The notes beneath the pieces are model-generated. The model searched no databases. It was given only the letters and a program-made list of their open reading frames with translations, and was not told the DNA's origin. DNA of 64,000 nt from Gemmatimonadales bacterium (lineage in GTDB: Bacteria; Gemmatimonadota; Gemmatimonadetes; Gemmatimonadales; GWC2-71-9): the NCBI GenBank assembly GCA_035712285.1, contig DASTBA010000084.1:777-64776 (forward strand), read 5' to 3'. Both the position numbers and the translations under genes were made by a program. Shown in pieces: positions 1 to 9,223 of this stretch (position 1 is its first letter; each line of letters begins with the position of its first letter).

Positions 1-254
1 GTCGGCGTGTGGCCGCCGCCGAACACGAATATCGATGCCAGGCCCAGCGCGGCGCCGCCGGCGAGCAGCGCGAGCGGCGGCGTCTTCACGCTGTCCCGCT
101 CGACCCGCTGGCCCTGCTGTGTAGCGGCGGCCTGATGCGCCTTGGCGGTGTAGGTACCGTCCGGATGAACCGGCACGCGCACCCCCTCCGCTTGCGCCGG
201 CTGTGCCACGGCGAGGGCCAGGCCCAGGAGGGCCATCGGGAGACGAACGCGCAT
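1..254 (-). CDS. small exported/membrane protein, N-terminal part only (runs off the window start)
   Basis: ATG at 254 (rc of cat 252-254). My translation is MRVRLPMALLGLALAVAQPAQAEGVRVPVHPDG..., a signal-peptide-like N-terminus, with a later hydrophobic stretch LALLAGGAALGLASIFVF. It is absent from the ORF track because no stop lies inside the window. Confidence 0.4.
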   Translation of the reverse strand, partial: MRVRLPMALLGLALAVAQPAQAEGVRVPVHPDGTYTAKAHQAAATQQGQRVERDSVKTPPLALLAGGAALGLASIFVFGGGHTP

Positions 255-471
255 CGGTGACTCGTGGTTGAGGTCGCCACCGAAAGAGGCAACCACCGGG
301 CCACATCGGTGCCGCACGTCCAACTGTTTGGCCGGTCACACGTTGGCTACGAGGAATGAATTGATTTCGGGAGGGATGGCGGGCCGGGCGATGTGGCGCC
401 GCCTCGCCAGCAGGCCGGGATCGTAGGGTGGATGCCGCAAACCTGGAGGGTACTGCACGAACCTGCACCGA

Positions 472-544
472 TGGAGCGGACCGGGATCGAACCGGCGACC
501 CCCTGCTTGCAAAGCAGGTGCTCTCCCAGCTGAGCTACCGCCCC
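472..544 (-). tRNA. tRNA-Ala (anticodon UGC)
   Basis: The rc reads GGGGCGGTAGCTCAGCTGGGAGAGCACCTGCTTTGCAAGCAGGGGGTCGCCGGTTCGATCCCGGTCCGCTCCA. It has a 7-bp acceptor stem with the G3:U70 alanine identity pair, anticodon loop TTTGCAA, a GGTTCGATCC T-arm and discriminator A. CCA is not encoded. Confidence 0.9.
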
Positions 545-580
545 CGACGCGGCCAAACCTAACGGCACCGGCCGGATGCC

Positions 581-1618
581 TCAATGACTCATGGTGCCCC
601 GGACATCCCCCGCCTTGAACATCCCGACCGCACCCTTGGTCGCATCCGCGAATGCGTGCGACACGAACGGATAGATGCCCGCCTCGGCGAGGTGCGTTTC
701 GAAAATCATCCCGCCGCCCACCGGCACGGAGAACGTCTGCACGCCACGGAGCGGCGTATCCGTGGCGTCAAGGAAGACACGATCGAAGATCGCCCCGACC
801 ACGTGAAACGCCGAGACGCGGTTCGGGCCGGCGTTCACCAGGTAGATCCGGAGCGGCTGGTTGACCTTCACCTCCAGCGGATGAGTTGCGTACTGGTTGG
901 CCACGCCGTTGAACACGACATAGTTCGGCGCCAGATCCAGCATGTGCTGCCAGTCGAGCGACGACACCGAATCGGGTCCGTGCCTGGGGCCCAGGTAGAA
1001 CTCGCTCTGCACCAGCACGATCTCCTTGGCCGGCGGCCGCGGCCGCACCGGATCCACGATGAGGGCTCCGTACATGCCGTTCGCGATGTGCGCCGCCACC
1101 GGCGCCGTGCCGCAGTGATACAGGAAGGCACCCGGCACCCGGGCCACGAATCGGTACTGGAGCGAGTCGTTCGGGAGGACGTTCACATAGGCGCGGCTCG
1201 GGGCAATCTCGGCCGCGTGGAAATCCATCGAGTGCGGGATCGGCGCCTTGTTGACGATGGTGAAGTCCACGGTGTCGCCGACCGTCACCCGGAGCATCGG
1301 GCCCGGGACCTGCCCGTTGAATGTCCAGGCGTCGTATGGGCGGCCCTGCGAGATCAGGTGAATGGCGTGCCGCGTCTCGAACCGGATGGAGCGATGCCGG
1401 GTAGTGGAACGGGGTGGCGCGTCTGCGGTGTGCTCCACCGGCTCGGAGGGCGTGCCCACCGCCGCCTCTCCGTGGGACATGGCGGCAGGCGGATGCTCGA
1501 TGGCCGGCGGCGCCTGCCCCGCAGCCGCTGGCGCCTGCCTCGCCGGCTGCTTCCCGCTGCCACCGGGGCGGCATGCGGCAAGCCCTGCCAATGCACAGAA
1601 GATGAGTCGGAATTGCAC
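581..1618 (-). CDS. nirK: copper-containing nitrite reductase (NirK-like two-domain cupredoxin), lipoprotein
   Basis: Cu-ligand patterns are present: PHSMDFHAA (His-x2-Asp-x-His), YHCGTAPVAAHIANGM (His-Cys...His...Met), AFHVVG and FVSHAF. I chose the start GTG at 1618, preceded by GGAGG, giving MQFRLIFCALAGLAAC (lipobox). The ORF track extends it to 1795. Confidence 0.7.
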   Translation of the reverse strand: MQFRLIFCALAGLAACRPGGSGKQPARQAPAAAGQAPPAIEHPPAAMSHGEAAVGTPSEPVEHTADAPPRSTTRHRSIRFETRHAIHLISQGRPYDAWTFNGQVPGPMLRVTVGDTVDFTIVNKAPIPHSMDFHAAEIAPSRAYVNVLPNDSLQYRFVARVPGAFLYHCGTAPVAAHIANGMYGALIVDPVRPRPPAKEIVLVQSEFYLGPRHGPDSVSSLDWQHMLDLAPNYVVFNGVANQYATHPLEVKVNQPLRIYLVNAGPNRVSAFHVVGAIFDRVFLDATDTPLRGVQTFSVPVGGGMIFETHLAEAGIYPFVSHAFADATKGAVGMFKAGDVRGTMSH

Positions 1619-1718
1619 AGCGCCTCCGGCGAGGGAAATCAGGCGGGGCTCCGGTCTCCAACACTCGGCCCATCGGCGGTACGGCGCAAGCCGTGCGACG
1701 CGCCGGGCGCCATGGCAA

Positions 1719-2645
1719 TCAGCCGGTGCCCAGGTCCGCCCACACCCGCGGGGCCAGCATCTCCGCGAGCCGGGCGCCGGGAGAACCGGCCGCAAATTCC
1801 GGCTCCGCCGGCCAGGCCGCGAGCGGCGGCAGGCTCATCAGGATACTGTCGATCCGGGCCCCGGTGCGGAGGCCGAACAGCGTGCCGCGGTCATGCAGCA
1901 GGTTGAACTCGGCGTAGCGCCCGCGGCGGAAGAGCTGCAGCGCGCGGTCCGACTCGTCCCACGGTTCGTCGCGGCGCCGCTGCACGATGGGGCGATAGGC
2001 CGCGTCCAGGACATGTCCCACGTCATCCACGAACGCATGGAGCGCGGGCGCCGGCATTCCTTCCGCTTCCGCCCGCAGGTGGTCGAAGAAGATGCCACCG
2101 ACGCCGCGGGGCTCGTGCCCGCGATGCGCATTGACGAAGTACTCGTCGCAGGCCTGCTTGAAGCGCGGGTAGAACGAGGCGGCGTGGCGGTTGCAGAGAT
2201 CGCGCAGCACCGTGTGGAAATGCCGGGCGTCGCTTGCATGGGGCCACGTCGGCGTGAGGTCGGTGCCGCCGCCGTACCAGCAGTCCATCAGCGTACCATC
2301 GGCACCCAGCAGCTCGAAATAGCGCACGTTCAGGTGCACCGTGGGCACCCGCGGACTCCACGGATGCGCCACCAGACTGAGCCCGGTGGCAAAGAAGTGA
2401 GTCGCGCCGCCGACGCTGCTGGCCAGCACCCGTGCCAGCTCCGCGGTCAGCTCTCCATGAACGGCAGACCGATTGATGCCGGCCTTCTCGAAGAGACCGC
2501 CGGTGAAGCGGCATGCCACCCCTCCACCACCACCCGGACGCTCCCAGGGCGTGGACTCCACCCGGCCCGCGCCATCCAGGGTCGTGAACAACTCCACCGC
2601 GGCGGTGTGCAGGCCGGTCACCCAGTCGCGGGCGGCGTCACTCAT
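1719..2645 (-). CDS. hemF: oxygen-dependent coproporphyrinogen III oxidase
   Basis: 308 aa. Motifs WERPGGGGG, HPWSPRVPTVHLNVRYFE, WYGGGTDLTP and RGHEPRGVGGIFFDHL. The start overlaps the hemE stop (ATGA). Confidence 0.9.
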   Translation of the reverse strand: MSDAARDWVTGLHTAAVELFTTLDGAGRVESTPWERPGGGGGVACRFTGGLFEKAGINRSAVHGELTAELARVLASSVGGATHFFATGLSLVAHPWSPRVPTVHLNVRYFELLGADGTLMDCWYGGGTDLTPTWPHASDARHFHTVLRDLCNRHAASFYPRFKQACDEYFVNAHRGHEPRGVGGIFFDHLRAEAEGMPAPALHAFVDDVGHVLDAAYRPIVQRRRDEPWDESDRALQLFRRGRYAEFNLLHDRGTLFGLRTGARIDSILMSLPPLAAWPAEPEFAAGSPGARLAEMLAPRVWADLGTG

Positions 2646-3694
2646 CGGCCCGGCGCTCCGGCCGCTGCCGGTGTCCGGGTGGTGCGCCTCACCGCTTCGA
2701 CAAAGGCCCGTGCGTGGTCAGGCGGAGTATCCGGAAGAATGCCATGGCCGAGATTGGCGATGTGCGGCGCGTCAGCGAATGTGCGCAGCATCGCTTCCGT
2801 CCGCCGCTCGATTTCCGCAACCGGCGCGTAGAGTGCGGATGGATCCAGGTTGCCCTGGCGGCAGAGCGGGCGGCCGGACGGAGACTTCAGCAGAGGGGGC
2901 TGCTCGGTCTGCCAGTCCACACCGGCGACGTCGGCACCCGTCACCCGCATGGTTTCGCCGAGGAGTGCGCCCGCACCCGGCGTGAACACGATGACCGGCA
3001 CACCAGCTCCGCGCGCATGTGCCGCAGCGCGCGCCAGTGCCGGCAGCACGAACCGGCGGTACTCCGCCGGCGCCACCGCGCCGGCCCACGACTCGAACAG
3101 CTGCACCACGCTCGCCCCAGCCTTCGCCTGCTCCACGAGATGCGTTCCCACGGCGTCGGCCAGCATCTCGAGAAGCGCCACGGCGGATGCCGGATCCTCG
3201 GCCAGCAATCGTCTCACGCGGGCGAATTGCCGGCTGCCCCCGCCCTCGACCATGTAGGCGAGCAGCGTCCACGGGCCACCGGCAAAGCCGATGACCGGCA
3301 CTTGTCCCTGAAGCTCCCGGACCGTGAGACGGATCGCCTCGTACACGTACGTGAGCGCGGATGGATCGAACGGCCGGAGGCGCCGGTCACCCACGCCGGC
3401 GAGCGGCTCGGGAAACCTCGGGCCGGAGCCTTCCTCGATGACCAGCTGGAGGCCAAGGGATTCGGGAATGACGAGGATATCACTGAAGATGATGGCGGCA
3501 TCCACACCGACGCTCTGTACCGGCTGGATCGTGACCTCGGCCGCGAGTTCCGGTGTCCGCACCATCGTGAGAAAATCATGGCGCGCGCGCACGGCCCGGT
3601 ACTCGGGCAGATAGCGTCCGGCCTGGCGCATCATCCACACCGGGGGCCGGGGAACCGGTTCGCCCCTGATGGTACGAAGCAGGAGGTCGTTCAT
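2642..3694 (-). CDS. hemE: uroporphyrinogen decarboxylase
   Basis: From ATG 3694 the protein reads MNDLLLRTIRGEPVPRPPVWMMRQAGRYLPEYR.... The ORF-track N-terminal extension to 3970 lies inside hemD and is Arg-rich junk. Confidence 0.9.
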   Translation of the reverse strand: MNDLLLRTIRGEPVPRPPVWMMRQAGRYLPEYRAVRARHDFLTMVRTPELAAEVTIQPVQSVGVDAAIIFSDILVIPESLGLQLVIEEGSGPRFPEPLAGVGDRRLRPFDPSALTYVYEAIRLTVRELQGQVPVIGFAGGPWTLLAYMVEGGGSRQFARVRRLLAEDPASAVALLEMLADAVGTHLVEQAKAGASVVQLFESWAGAVAPAEYRRFVLPALARAAAHARGAGVPVIVFTPGAGALLGETMRVTGADVAGVDWQTEQPPLLKSPSGRPLCRQGNLDPSALYAPVAEIERRTEAMLRTFADAPHIANLGHGILPDTPPDHARAFVEAVRRTTRTPAAAGAPGR

Positions 3695-4437
3695 GTTCGA
3701 TGCGAGACCGGGAAGACGTTGAGTACCCCGTGCAGTGCCTGCAAGAGCGATGGGACCGTGGGCTCGAGCGACACCGCGGCTGGAGACCATCCGGCGGCCT
3801 GCGCCGCCGCCGCGGTGATCGGTCCGAGCGTGACCAGCAGGGGCCGTTGTCCCGGCGTGACGGCGCCGGCCAGCGCCTCCACCACGGCGCCGCTTCCGGC
3901 AACGAGCACATCCCCGCTGGCGGCGGCGTGCCGGAGGGCGGCCGCGCCGGCCACGACGGCCCGATAGCACGCCAGCTCATCCACCAGCACCCCGGCGGCG
4001 CGAAGGGCGCGCGGCAGCTCGGTCCGGTGCCGCTCCCCGCAGGGGAAGAGCACGGGGCCGCGCACACCGGCCTGCAGCATCATCCGGGCAAGCTCGGCGG
4101 CCGACCCGTCAGGAGCGGGCGATTCGACGCAGTGGAGCGGCGTGAACCGGCGAAGTTCGGTCACCGATCCGGGCCCGGTCACCCACACCGCCGGCGGCCT
4201 GATGCCGGCCCGTGCGACGGCAGCGGCGAACAGCGACGCGGCGTGCCGCGACGTAATGGCAACCGATCCGTAACTCCCCAGCCGCGCAACGGCGGCCACG
4301 AGGGCCTGTCCGCCATCGGGCTCCTCGAATTCGAGAAGCGGCAGGTGCACCCAGTCGGCACCGAGCTTCCCGAGCGACTGGTCGAGGCCATCGAGCGTGC
4401 CGCGGCTCAGCGTGATCACCAGTCGCGGAATGCTCAT
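3691..4437 (-). CDS. hemD: uroporphyrinogen-III synthase
   Basis: 248 aa, positioned between hemC and hemE with ATGA overlaps at both ends. Size and Ala/Leu-rich two-lobe pattern are typical of HemD. The family is weakly conserved. Confidence 0.7.
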   Translation of the reverse strand: MSIPRLVITLSRGTLDGLDQSLGKLGADWVHLPLLEFEEPDGGQALVAAVARLGSYGSVAITSRHAASLFAAAVARAGIRPPAVWVTGPGSVTELRRFTPLHCVESPAPDGSAAELARMMLQAGVRGPVLFPCGERHRTELPRALRAAGVLVDELACYRAVVAGAAALRHAAASGDVLVAGSGAVVEALAGAVTPGQRPLLVTLGPITAAAAQAAGWSPAAVSLEPTVPSLLQALHGVLNVFPVSHRT

Positions 4438-5378
4438 GATGGCATCCCGAACGGTGCGCGTGACGCCTCCACCAGCTCTCCGGCGCCGCGCGCCATGAGC
4501 CGGCCGGCCACTTCGCGTCCCGCGGCGGCCGCATCGTCCAACGGGTCCACGACCGCCGTTTCCTCGATCAGCTGCCGCCCATCGAGCGACAACACCCGCG
4601 CGCGCAGATACAGGGTGCCGCCCGCCTCCTCGGCGATGGCGGCAATCGGCGCATGACAGCCGCCTTCCAGCGTCGCAAGCACGGCCCGCTCGGCCGCCAC
4701 CGCTCGCGCGATATCGGGACGATCCAGCGCGCGCGCCAGTGCGGCACGGAGCGCGGAATCCTCCCCCCGCGCGGTCACGGCGAGCGCACCCTGCCCCGGC
4801 GCCGGCAGCATGAGATCGAGCGGGAGCCGCTCCGTGATCCGGGTGGTGAGGTCCAGTCGCTCGAGGCCGGCCGCCGCGAGCACGATCGCTGCCCAGGACG
4901 GCATTGCATCGAGCCGGCCGATCCGGGTCTCGACGTTGCCGCGCAGATCCGGCACGGTCAGATCGGGACGGGCGTGCAGCAGCTGCGCCCGCCGACGCAG
5001 ACTGCTGGTGGCAACGATGGAGCCGGCCGGCAGGTCCCGCAGCGCCAGGCTGCTCCGCCCCACCAGCGCGTCCCGCGGGTCGGCCCGTCCCGGAACCGCG
5101 ACGAGCGCCACCCCTTCCGGGAGCGTTGTCGGCAGGTCCTTGAGCGAATGCACGGCCAGATCGATGCGGCCGTCCAGCAGCGCCTCGTCAAGCTGGCGCG
5201 TGAAGAGGGCGCGATCCCCGATCCGCGGCAGCGGCACGTCGGTGACGAGATCGCCGGTGGTGCGGATCGGTACCGGCTCGCTCTCGATGCCCGCCGTCCG
5301 CAGGAGCTCGGCCACATGCGCGGTCTGCCAGCGAGCCAGGCGGCTGGCCCGCGTCCCGATGCGCACGGGGCCCGTCAT
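4434..5378 (-). CDS. hemC: hydroxymethylbilane synthase (porphobilinogen deaminase)
   Basis: N-terminus VRIGTRASRLARWQTAHV, then AVHSLKDLPT and ETRIGRLD. 314 aa. Confidence 0.9.
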   Translation of the reverse strand: MTGPVRIGTRASRLARWQTAHVAELLRTAGIESEPVPIRTTGDLVTDVPLPRIGDRALFTRQLDEALLDGRIDLAVHSLKDLPTTLPEGVALVAVPGRADPRDALVGRSSLALRDLPAGSIVATSSLRRRAQLLHARPDLTVPDLRGNVETRIGRLDAMPSWAAIVLAAAGLERLDLTTRITERLPLDLMLPAPGQGALAVTARGEDSALRAALARALDRPDIARAVAAERAVLATLEGGCHAPIAAIAEEAGGTLYLRARVLSLDGRQLIEETAVVDPLDDAAAAGREVAGRLMARGAGELVEASRAPFGMPS

Positions 5379-6718
5379 GCGGCCACCATCGCGCCGGTCC
5401 GCGCCGCTGCCGCAAGGCCACTCTCGAGGGCGTTCGTCACCCCGGTACCGCGCTGCCAGGCACCGGCCAGCACCAGCCCGGGAAAATCATGCTCGACCTG
5501 GGCTGCCGTCCGCAGCCGTTCCGCGTGCTCCAGGTCCGGCTGCGGGATCCCCAGCGGAAAGCGGGTCGCGCACGCCAGCCGCGGAGCTCCCCGGATGCCA
5601 AGCAACGGGGTGAGTTCCCGGATGGCGGTGGCGACGATCGCATCGGGATCCTGCGAGACGATCTCCGGCCGGCGGATGCCGCCCAGAAATGCGGTGAGGA
5701 GAACATGATCCGGCGGCGCGCGGTGCCCATGCACGGCGGACGAGTATGCGACGCCGAGCAGCGCCAGGCCTTCCTCGTGCGGAACGAGAAACCCGAGGCC
5801 GCCGGGCTCGCGCTTCAGGGCGCGCCGCGCGTAACCCAGCGCGACGGTTGCCACCGGCGCATGCGGCAGCTGGGTGAGGCGACCCCAGTCCGGTGGCAGC
5901 GCCGCAGCTCGCAGGATTCCCTTCAGGGCATGGGGAGGCACGGCCAGCACGACGGCATCGGTGCTGATTCGCAACCCGGAGTCGGACTCGACGCGCCAGC
6001 CGCCGCCGTCCGCCACGACGCCGGTGACCTTCGCCGGGCACTGAACCGGGCGGGCAAGGCGGGAGCACAGTCCGGTCACCAGGTCCGACATGCCGTCGGG
6101 GAAGCTCCACAGGCCGGCGGGCGGGCGCCGCGCCGCGAGCTGGGACCGGATGAGCGACGGGTACTGGCGGTCAGCCGCGTAGAGCCGCGGGAATGCATGT
6201 TCAGCGGAGAGTGTGTCGGGATCGCCGGCATAGATGCCGGCCTGGAACGCATCGCCCAATACAGCCAGCGCCTCGGTCCCGAAGCGGCGCCGCACCAGTG
6301 CCGCATAGGAGCGCTCGCTGGTGGCCGGCCGCCGCGGCACCAGCGCCTCGGAGAGGAACCGGAGCTTGCCTCGCCCGCTGAGGAGGCCGGAGCGCAGGAA
6401 CTCCCCCGGACTGCGCGGCACCTCGGCGAGGCCACCGCGATGCACCACCCAGCGTCGCCGCGCGGCCGGTGCGGCTTCGATGCGCCGGTTCCAGACCCCG
6501 GACACCTCGAGCAATTCCATCACGGCGGCGCCCGGTGTCGTCATCGTGGCGGGCCCCCGTTCGACCAGGAATCCGTCGCACCACGCACTCGCCACCATCC
6601 CGCCCGGCGCCTCTGCAGCCTCGATCACCTGGACCTGTGCACCGGCCTGCTGAAGGGAGACCGCCGCAGCGAGCCCGCTCAGGCCGGCCCCGACGACGAC
6701 CACGTCCGGGGAGATCAC
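5375..6718 (-). CDS. hemY: FAD-dependent protoporphyrinogen oxidase (HemY/PPOX type)
   Basis: GTG at 6718 forms a GTGA overlap with the hemL stop and gives [19 protein letters not shown] (GxGxxG FAD fold), then EAAEAPGG. The ORF-track extension to 7009 overlaps hemL. Confidence 0.75.
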   Translation of the reverse strand: MISPDVVVVGAGLSGLAAAVSLQQAGAQVQVIEAAEAPGGMVASAWCDGFLVERGPATMTTPGAAVMELLEVSGVWNRRIEAAPAARRRWVVHRGGLAEVPRSPGEFLRSGLLSGRGKLRFLSEALVPRRPATSERSYAALVRRRFGTEALAVLGDAFQAGIYAGDPDTLSAEHAFPRLYAADRQYPSLIRSQLAARRPPAGLWSFPDGMSDLVTGLCSRLARPVQCPAKVTGVVADGGGWRVESDSGLRISTDAVVLAVPPHALKGILRAAALPPDWGRLTQLPHAPVATVALGYARRALKREPGGLGFLVPHEEGLALLGVAYSSAVHGHRAPPDHVLLTAFLGGIRRPEIVSQDPDAIVATAIRELTPLLGIRGAPRLACATRFPLGIPQPDLEHAERLRTAAQVEHDFPGLVLAGAWQRGTGVTNALESGLAAAARTGAMVAA

Positions 6719-8022
6719 TGCAAGGCGATCCGCACGGCGCGCCGGAAGTGCTCGAGCTCCGCGTCGCCATGCACCGTGGATGCGAACCAGGCCTCGAAGG
6801 GTGACGGCGGGAGATAGACGCCGGCGTCGAGCATGGCGTGGAAGAAGCGCGCATAGGCCGCGCGCGAGGCCGCCTGCACATCGGCGAAGTTCCGGACCGG
6901 AGTCTCGCAGAAAAACGGCGTGAACATGGTGCCGGCCCGTTGCACCGTCAGCGGTACGCCCCGCTCGTGCGCCACCTCCACAAGCACCGCGCACGCCGCG
7001 CTGGCCCACTGCTCCGCTCCGGCCCAGGCGCCCGGCTCCGCCGAGATGTCGAGTGTCGCGAGCCCCGCGGCCATCGCCACCGGATTCCCCGAGAGGGTTC
7101 CGGCCTGGTAGACCGGCCCGGCAGGAGCGACCAGCTCCATGATCTCGCGGCGCCCGCCGTAGGCCGCCGCGGGAAACCCACCGCCGATCACCTTGCCGAC
7201 CGTCGTGAGATCGGGCACCACGCCGAACCGGCCCTGTGCACCGCGCGGATGCACTCTCCAGCCGGTCATGACTTCGTCGAACACCAGCAATGCACCGGCC
7301 CGGCGGGTGATGCGGCGCAACCCGTCCAGGAACCCCGGGTCGGGAGGCACCACGCCCATGTTCCCCGCCACCGGCTCCACCAGTACCGCCGCGACCCGGT
7401 CTCCCGAGGACGCGAAGAGCGCTTCCATCGCCGTGAGCGCATTGAACGGAACAACCCAGGTATCCGCCGCCGCGCCCGCGGTCACGCCGGGGCTGTCAGG
7501 CAGCGAGAGCGACGCCACGCCGGAGCCCGCCGCGACGAGAAGCGCGTCACCGTGGCCGTGATAGCATCCCTCGAATTTCACGATACCGTTCCGCCCGGTG
7601 GCTGCGCGGGCCACGCGAACGGCACTCATCACCGCCTCGGTCCCGCTGCTGACGAAGCGCACCAGCTCCATCGAGGGCATCGTGTCGCGGATCCGTTCGG
7701 CCAGCTCGACTTCAAGCTCGTGCGGCGCGCCGAACGAGCTTCCGCGATCCACCGCCGCGCGCACCCGCTCGATCACCCTCGGATGGGCGTGGCCGGCCAG
7801 CAGGGGGCCCCACGAGAGCACCAGGTCGAGCAGGCGGTTCCCGTCCACGTCGGTGAGCCACGCCCCCTCGCCGCGTGCGAGGAATCGTGGCGCGCCGCCA
7901 ACCGCCCCGAAGGCTCGCACCGGGCTGCTGACACCGCCCGGCAAGATCCGCCGCGCCCGCTCGAACAGCTCGACGCTCCGGCTGGCGCCCGTTGCGGCCG
8001 TCACGAGGCCCCGTCCAGCCAT
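6715..8022 (-). CDS. hemL: glutamate-1-semialdehyde 2,1-aminomutase
   Basis: [31 protein letters not shown] and a class-III aminotransferase pattern. 435 aa. Confidence 0.9.
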   Translation of the reverse strand: MAGRGLVTAATGASRSVELFERARRILPGGVSSPVRAFGAVGGAPRFLARGEGAWLTDVDGNRLLDLVLSWGPLLAGHAHPRVIERVRAAVDRGSSFGAPHELEVELAERIRDTMPSMELVRFVSSGTEAVMSAVRVARAATGRNGIVKFEGCYHGHGDALLVAAGSGVASLSLPDSPGVTAGAAADTWVVPFNALTAMEALFASSGDRVAAVLVEPVAGNMGVVPPDPGFLDGLRRITRRAGALLVFDEVMTGWRVHPRGAQGRFGVVPDLTTVGKVIGGGFPAAAYGGRREIMELVAPAGPVYQAGTLSGNPVAMAAGLATLDISAEPGAWAGAEQWASAACAVLVEVAHERGVPLTVQRAGTMFTPFFCETPVRNFADVQAASRAAYARFFHAMLDAGVYLPPSPFEAWFASTVHGDAELEHFRRAVRIALQ

Positions 8023-9035
8023 GCGGCCGCCTCGACGGCGTGATACGTGATGATCGCGTCCGCGCCCGCGCGACGCATGCCGACCAGGGTCTCCAGGACC
8101 ACCCGGCGCTCGTCCAGCCAGCCGGCGGCGGCGGCGGCCTTGATCATCGCGTATTCGCCGCTCACGCTATACGCCACGAGCGGCAGGACGGTCTGGTCCC
8201 GAACCTGCCGGAGCACATCCAGATAGGCGAGCGCCGGCTTGACCATCAGCAGGTCGGCGCCCTCGGCCTCGTCCATGGCGGCCTCCGCGAGCGCCTCGCG
8301 GGCATTGGCGGGGTCCATCTGGTACTGGCGCCGGTCGCCGAACGAGGGGGCGCTTCCCGCCGCATCGCGGAAGGGACCGTAGAAGGCACTGGCATACTTC
8401 ACGGCGTAGCTGAGGATGGCGCAGTCCGCGCGGTCCGCGGCATCGAGACCGCGCCGGATGGCCCCGACCATCCCGTCCATCATGGCGCTTGGCGCCACGA
8501 TGTCGGCCCCGGCCGAGGCGTGACTCACCGCCACCCGCGCAAGCACGTCGAGCGTCGCATCGTTGTCCACGGCGCCATTCCGGATCACGCCGCAGTGCCC
8601 GTGCGCGGTGTATTCACAGCAGCAGACATCGGTGATGAGCGTGAGCTGGCGAAACTCCGTGCGCAGCAGCCGGAGGGCCTGCTGCACGATGCCGTCGTCG
8701 GCCCAGTTCTCCGAGCCGGCTTCATCCTTGCGCGCGGGAATCCCGAACAGCAGCACGGAGCCGATCCCTGCCCCGGCGGCGCGACGGACCGCGTCCCGGA
8801 GCGCGTCATCCACCGAGAGCTGGTGAACCCCGGGCATGGAGGGGACCGGACGGCGCACCCCCTGTCCATGGCAGACGAAGAGGGGCAGGATCAGGCGGGA
8901 GGGCTGGAGTTCGGCTTCCCGGGCAAGCGAGCGGAGCGTTTCGGTGCGGCGAAGCCGGCGGGGCCTGGCCGCTGGATAAGTTCGAGACACGGGCGAAGGG
9001 TAGGGCCAGGGCGCCCGGATGAAAATCCGAAGCAT
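8001..9035 (-). CDS. hemB: porphobilinogen synthase (ALA dehydratase)
   Basis: [15 protein letters not shown]...LILPLFV, plus Cys-rich metal-site [12 protein letters not shown] and MVKPAL. The start is uncertain: ATG 9035 or GTG 8990. The latter gives the more typical short N-terminus. Confidence 0.85.
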   Translation of the reverse strand: MLRIFIRAPWPYPSPVSRTYPAARPRRLRRTETLRSLAREAELQPSRLILPLFVCHGQGVRRPVPSMPGVHQLSVDDALRDAVRRAAGAGIGSVLLFGIPARKDEAGSENWADDGIVQQALRLLRTEFRQLTLITDVCCCEYTAHGHCGVIRNGAVDNDATLDVLARVAVSHASAGADIVAPSAMMDGMVGAIRRGLDAADRADCAILSYAVKYASAFYGPFRDAAGSAPSFGDRRQYQMDPANAREALAEAAMDEAEGADLLMVKPALAYLDVLRQVRDQTVLPLVAYSVSGEYAMIKAAAAAGWLDERRVVLETLVGMRRAGADAIITYHAVEAAAWLDGAS

Positions 9036-9223
9036 TACGGACAGTCCGGCACTCCAACCCCTTGCCGTGCGGCAGGTTACCGGACATCCGCCGGTCGGGG
9101 CGCCGGAATGGGCCTGGGTGCAATCGCTTGTCCGGACCGGCCCCACCTTTTACTTTAAACCGTTCTGTAACAAGATGATGTGGGGTTGCCTGCCCTCCTC
9201 ACACTTTTCTCCGTCGAGGCCCA

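Noticed and set aside
260-544. The tRNA-Ala as the attachment site or boundary of a genomic island.
   Set aside because: No integrase, no direct repeat of the tRNA 3' end and no compositional shift were seen in the flanking sequence within the window.
584-1906. Long ORFs antisense to, or out of frame with, the called genes. Examples: 584..1906(+), 1362..2831(+), 2714..3967(+), 9155..10357(-), 9784..11415(-), 21643..23916(+), 24890..26041(+), 32632..34548(-), 37660..38976(-), 38810..41245(-), 55665..57650(+), 57475..58950(+), 59325..60446(+).
   Set aside because: Their translations are Arg/Pro/Gly/Ala-rich, low-complexity strings with no motifs. They mirror genes with strong family motifs and high GC3 on the other strand or frame. 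This is the typical stop-codon-poor shadow-frame effect of a ~70% GC genome.
2642-9146. N-terminal extensions given by the ORF track for hemE (to 3970), hemY (to 7009) and hemB (to 9146). The same applies to the kinase (to 32270), M28 peptidase (to 37561), infA (to 56302), ABC ATPase (to 62119) and SBP (to 63249).
   Set aside because: The extensions overlap the preceding genes, are Arg-rich, and are not needed. Internal ATG or GTG codons coincide with upstream stop codons and give canonical N-termini or signal peptides.
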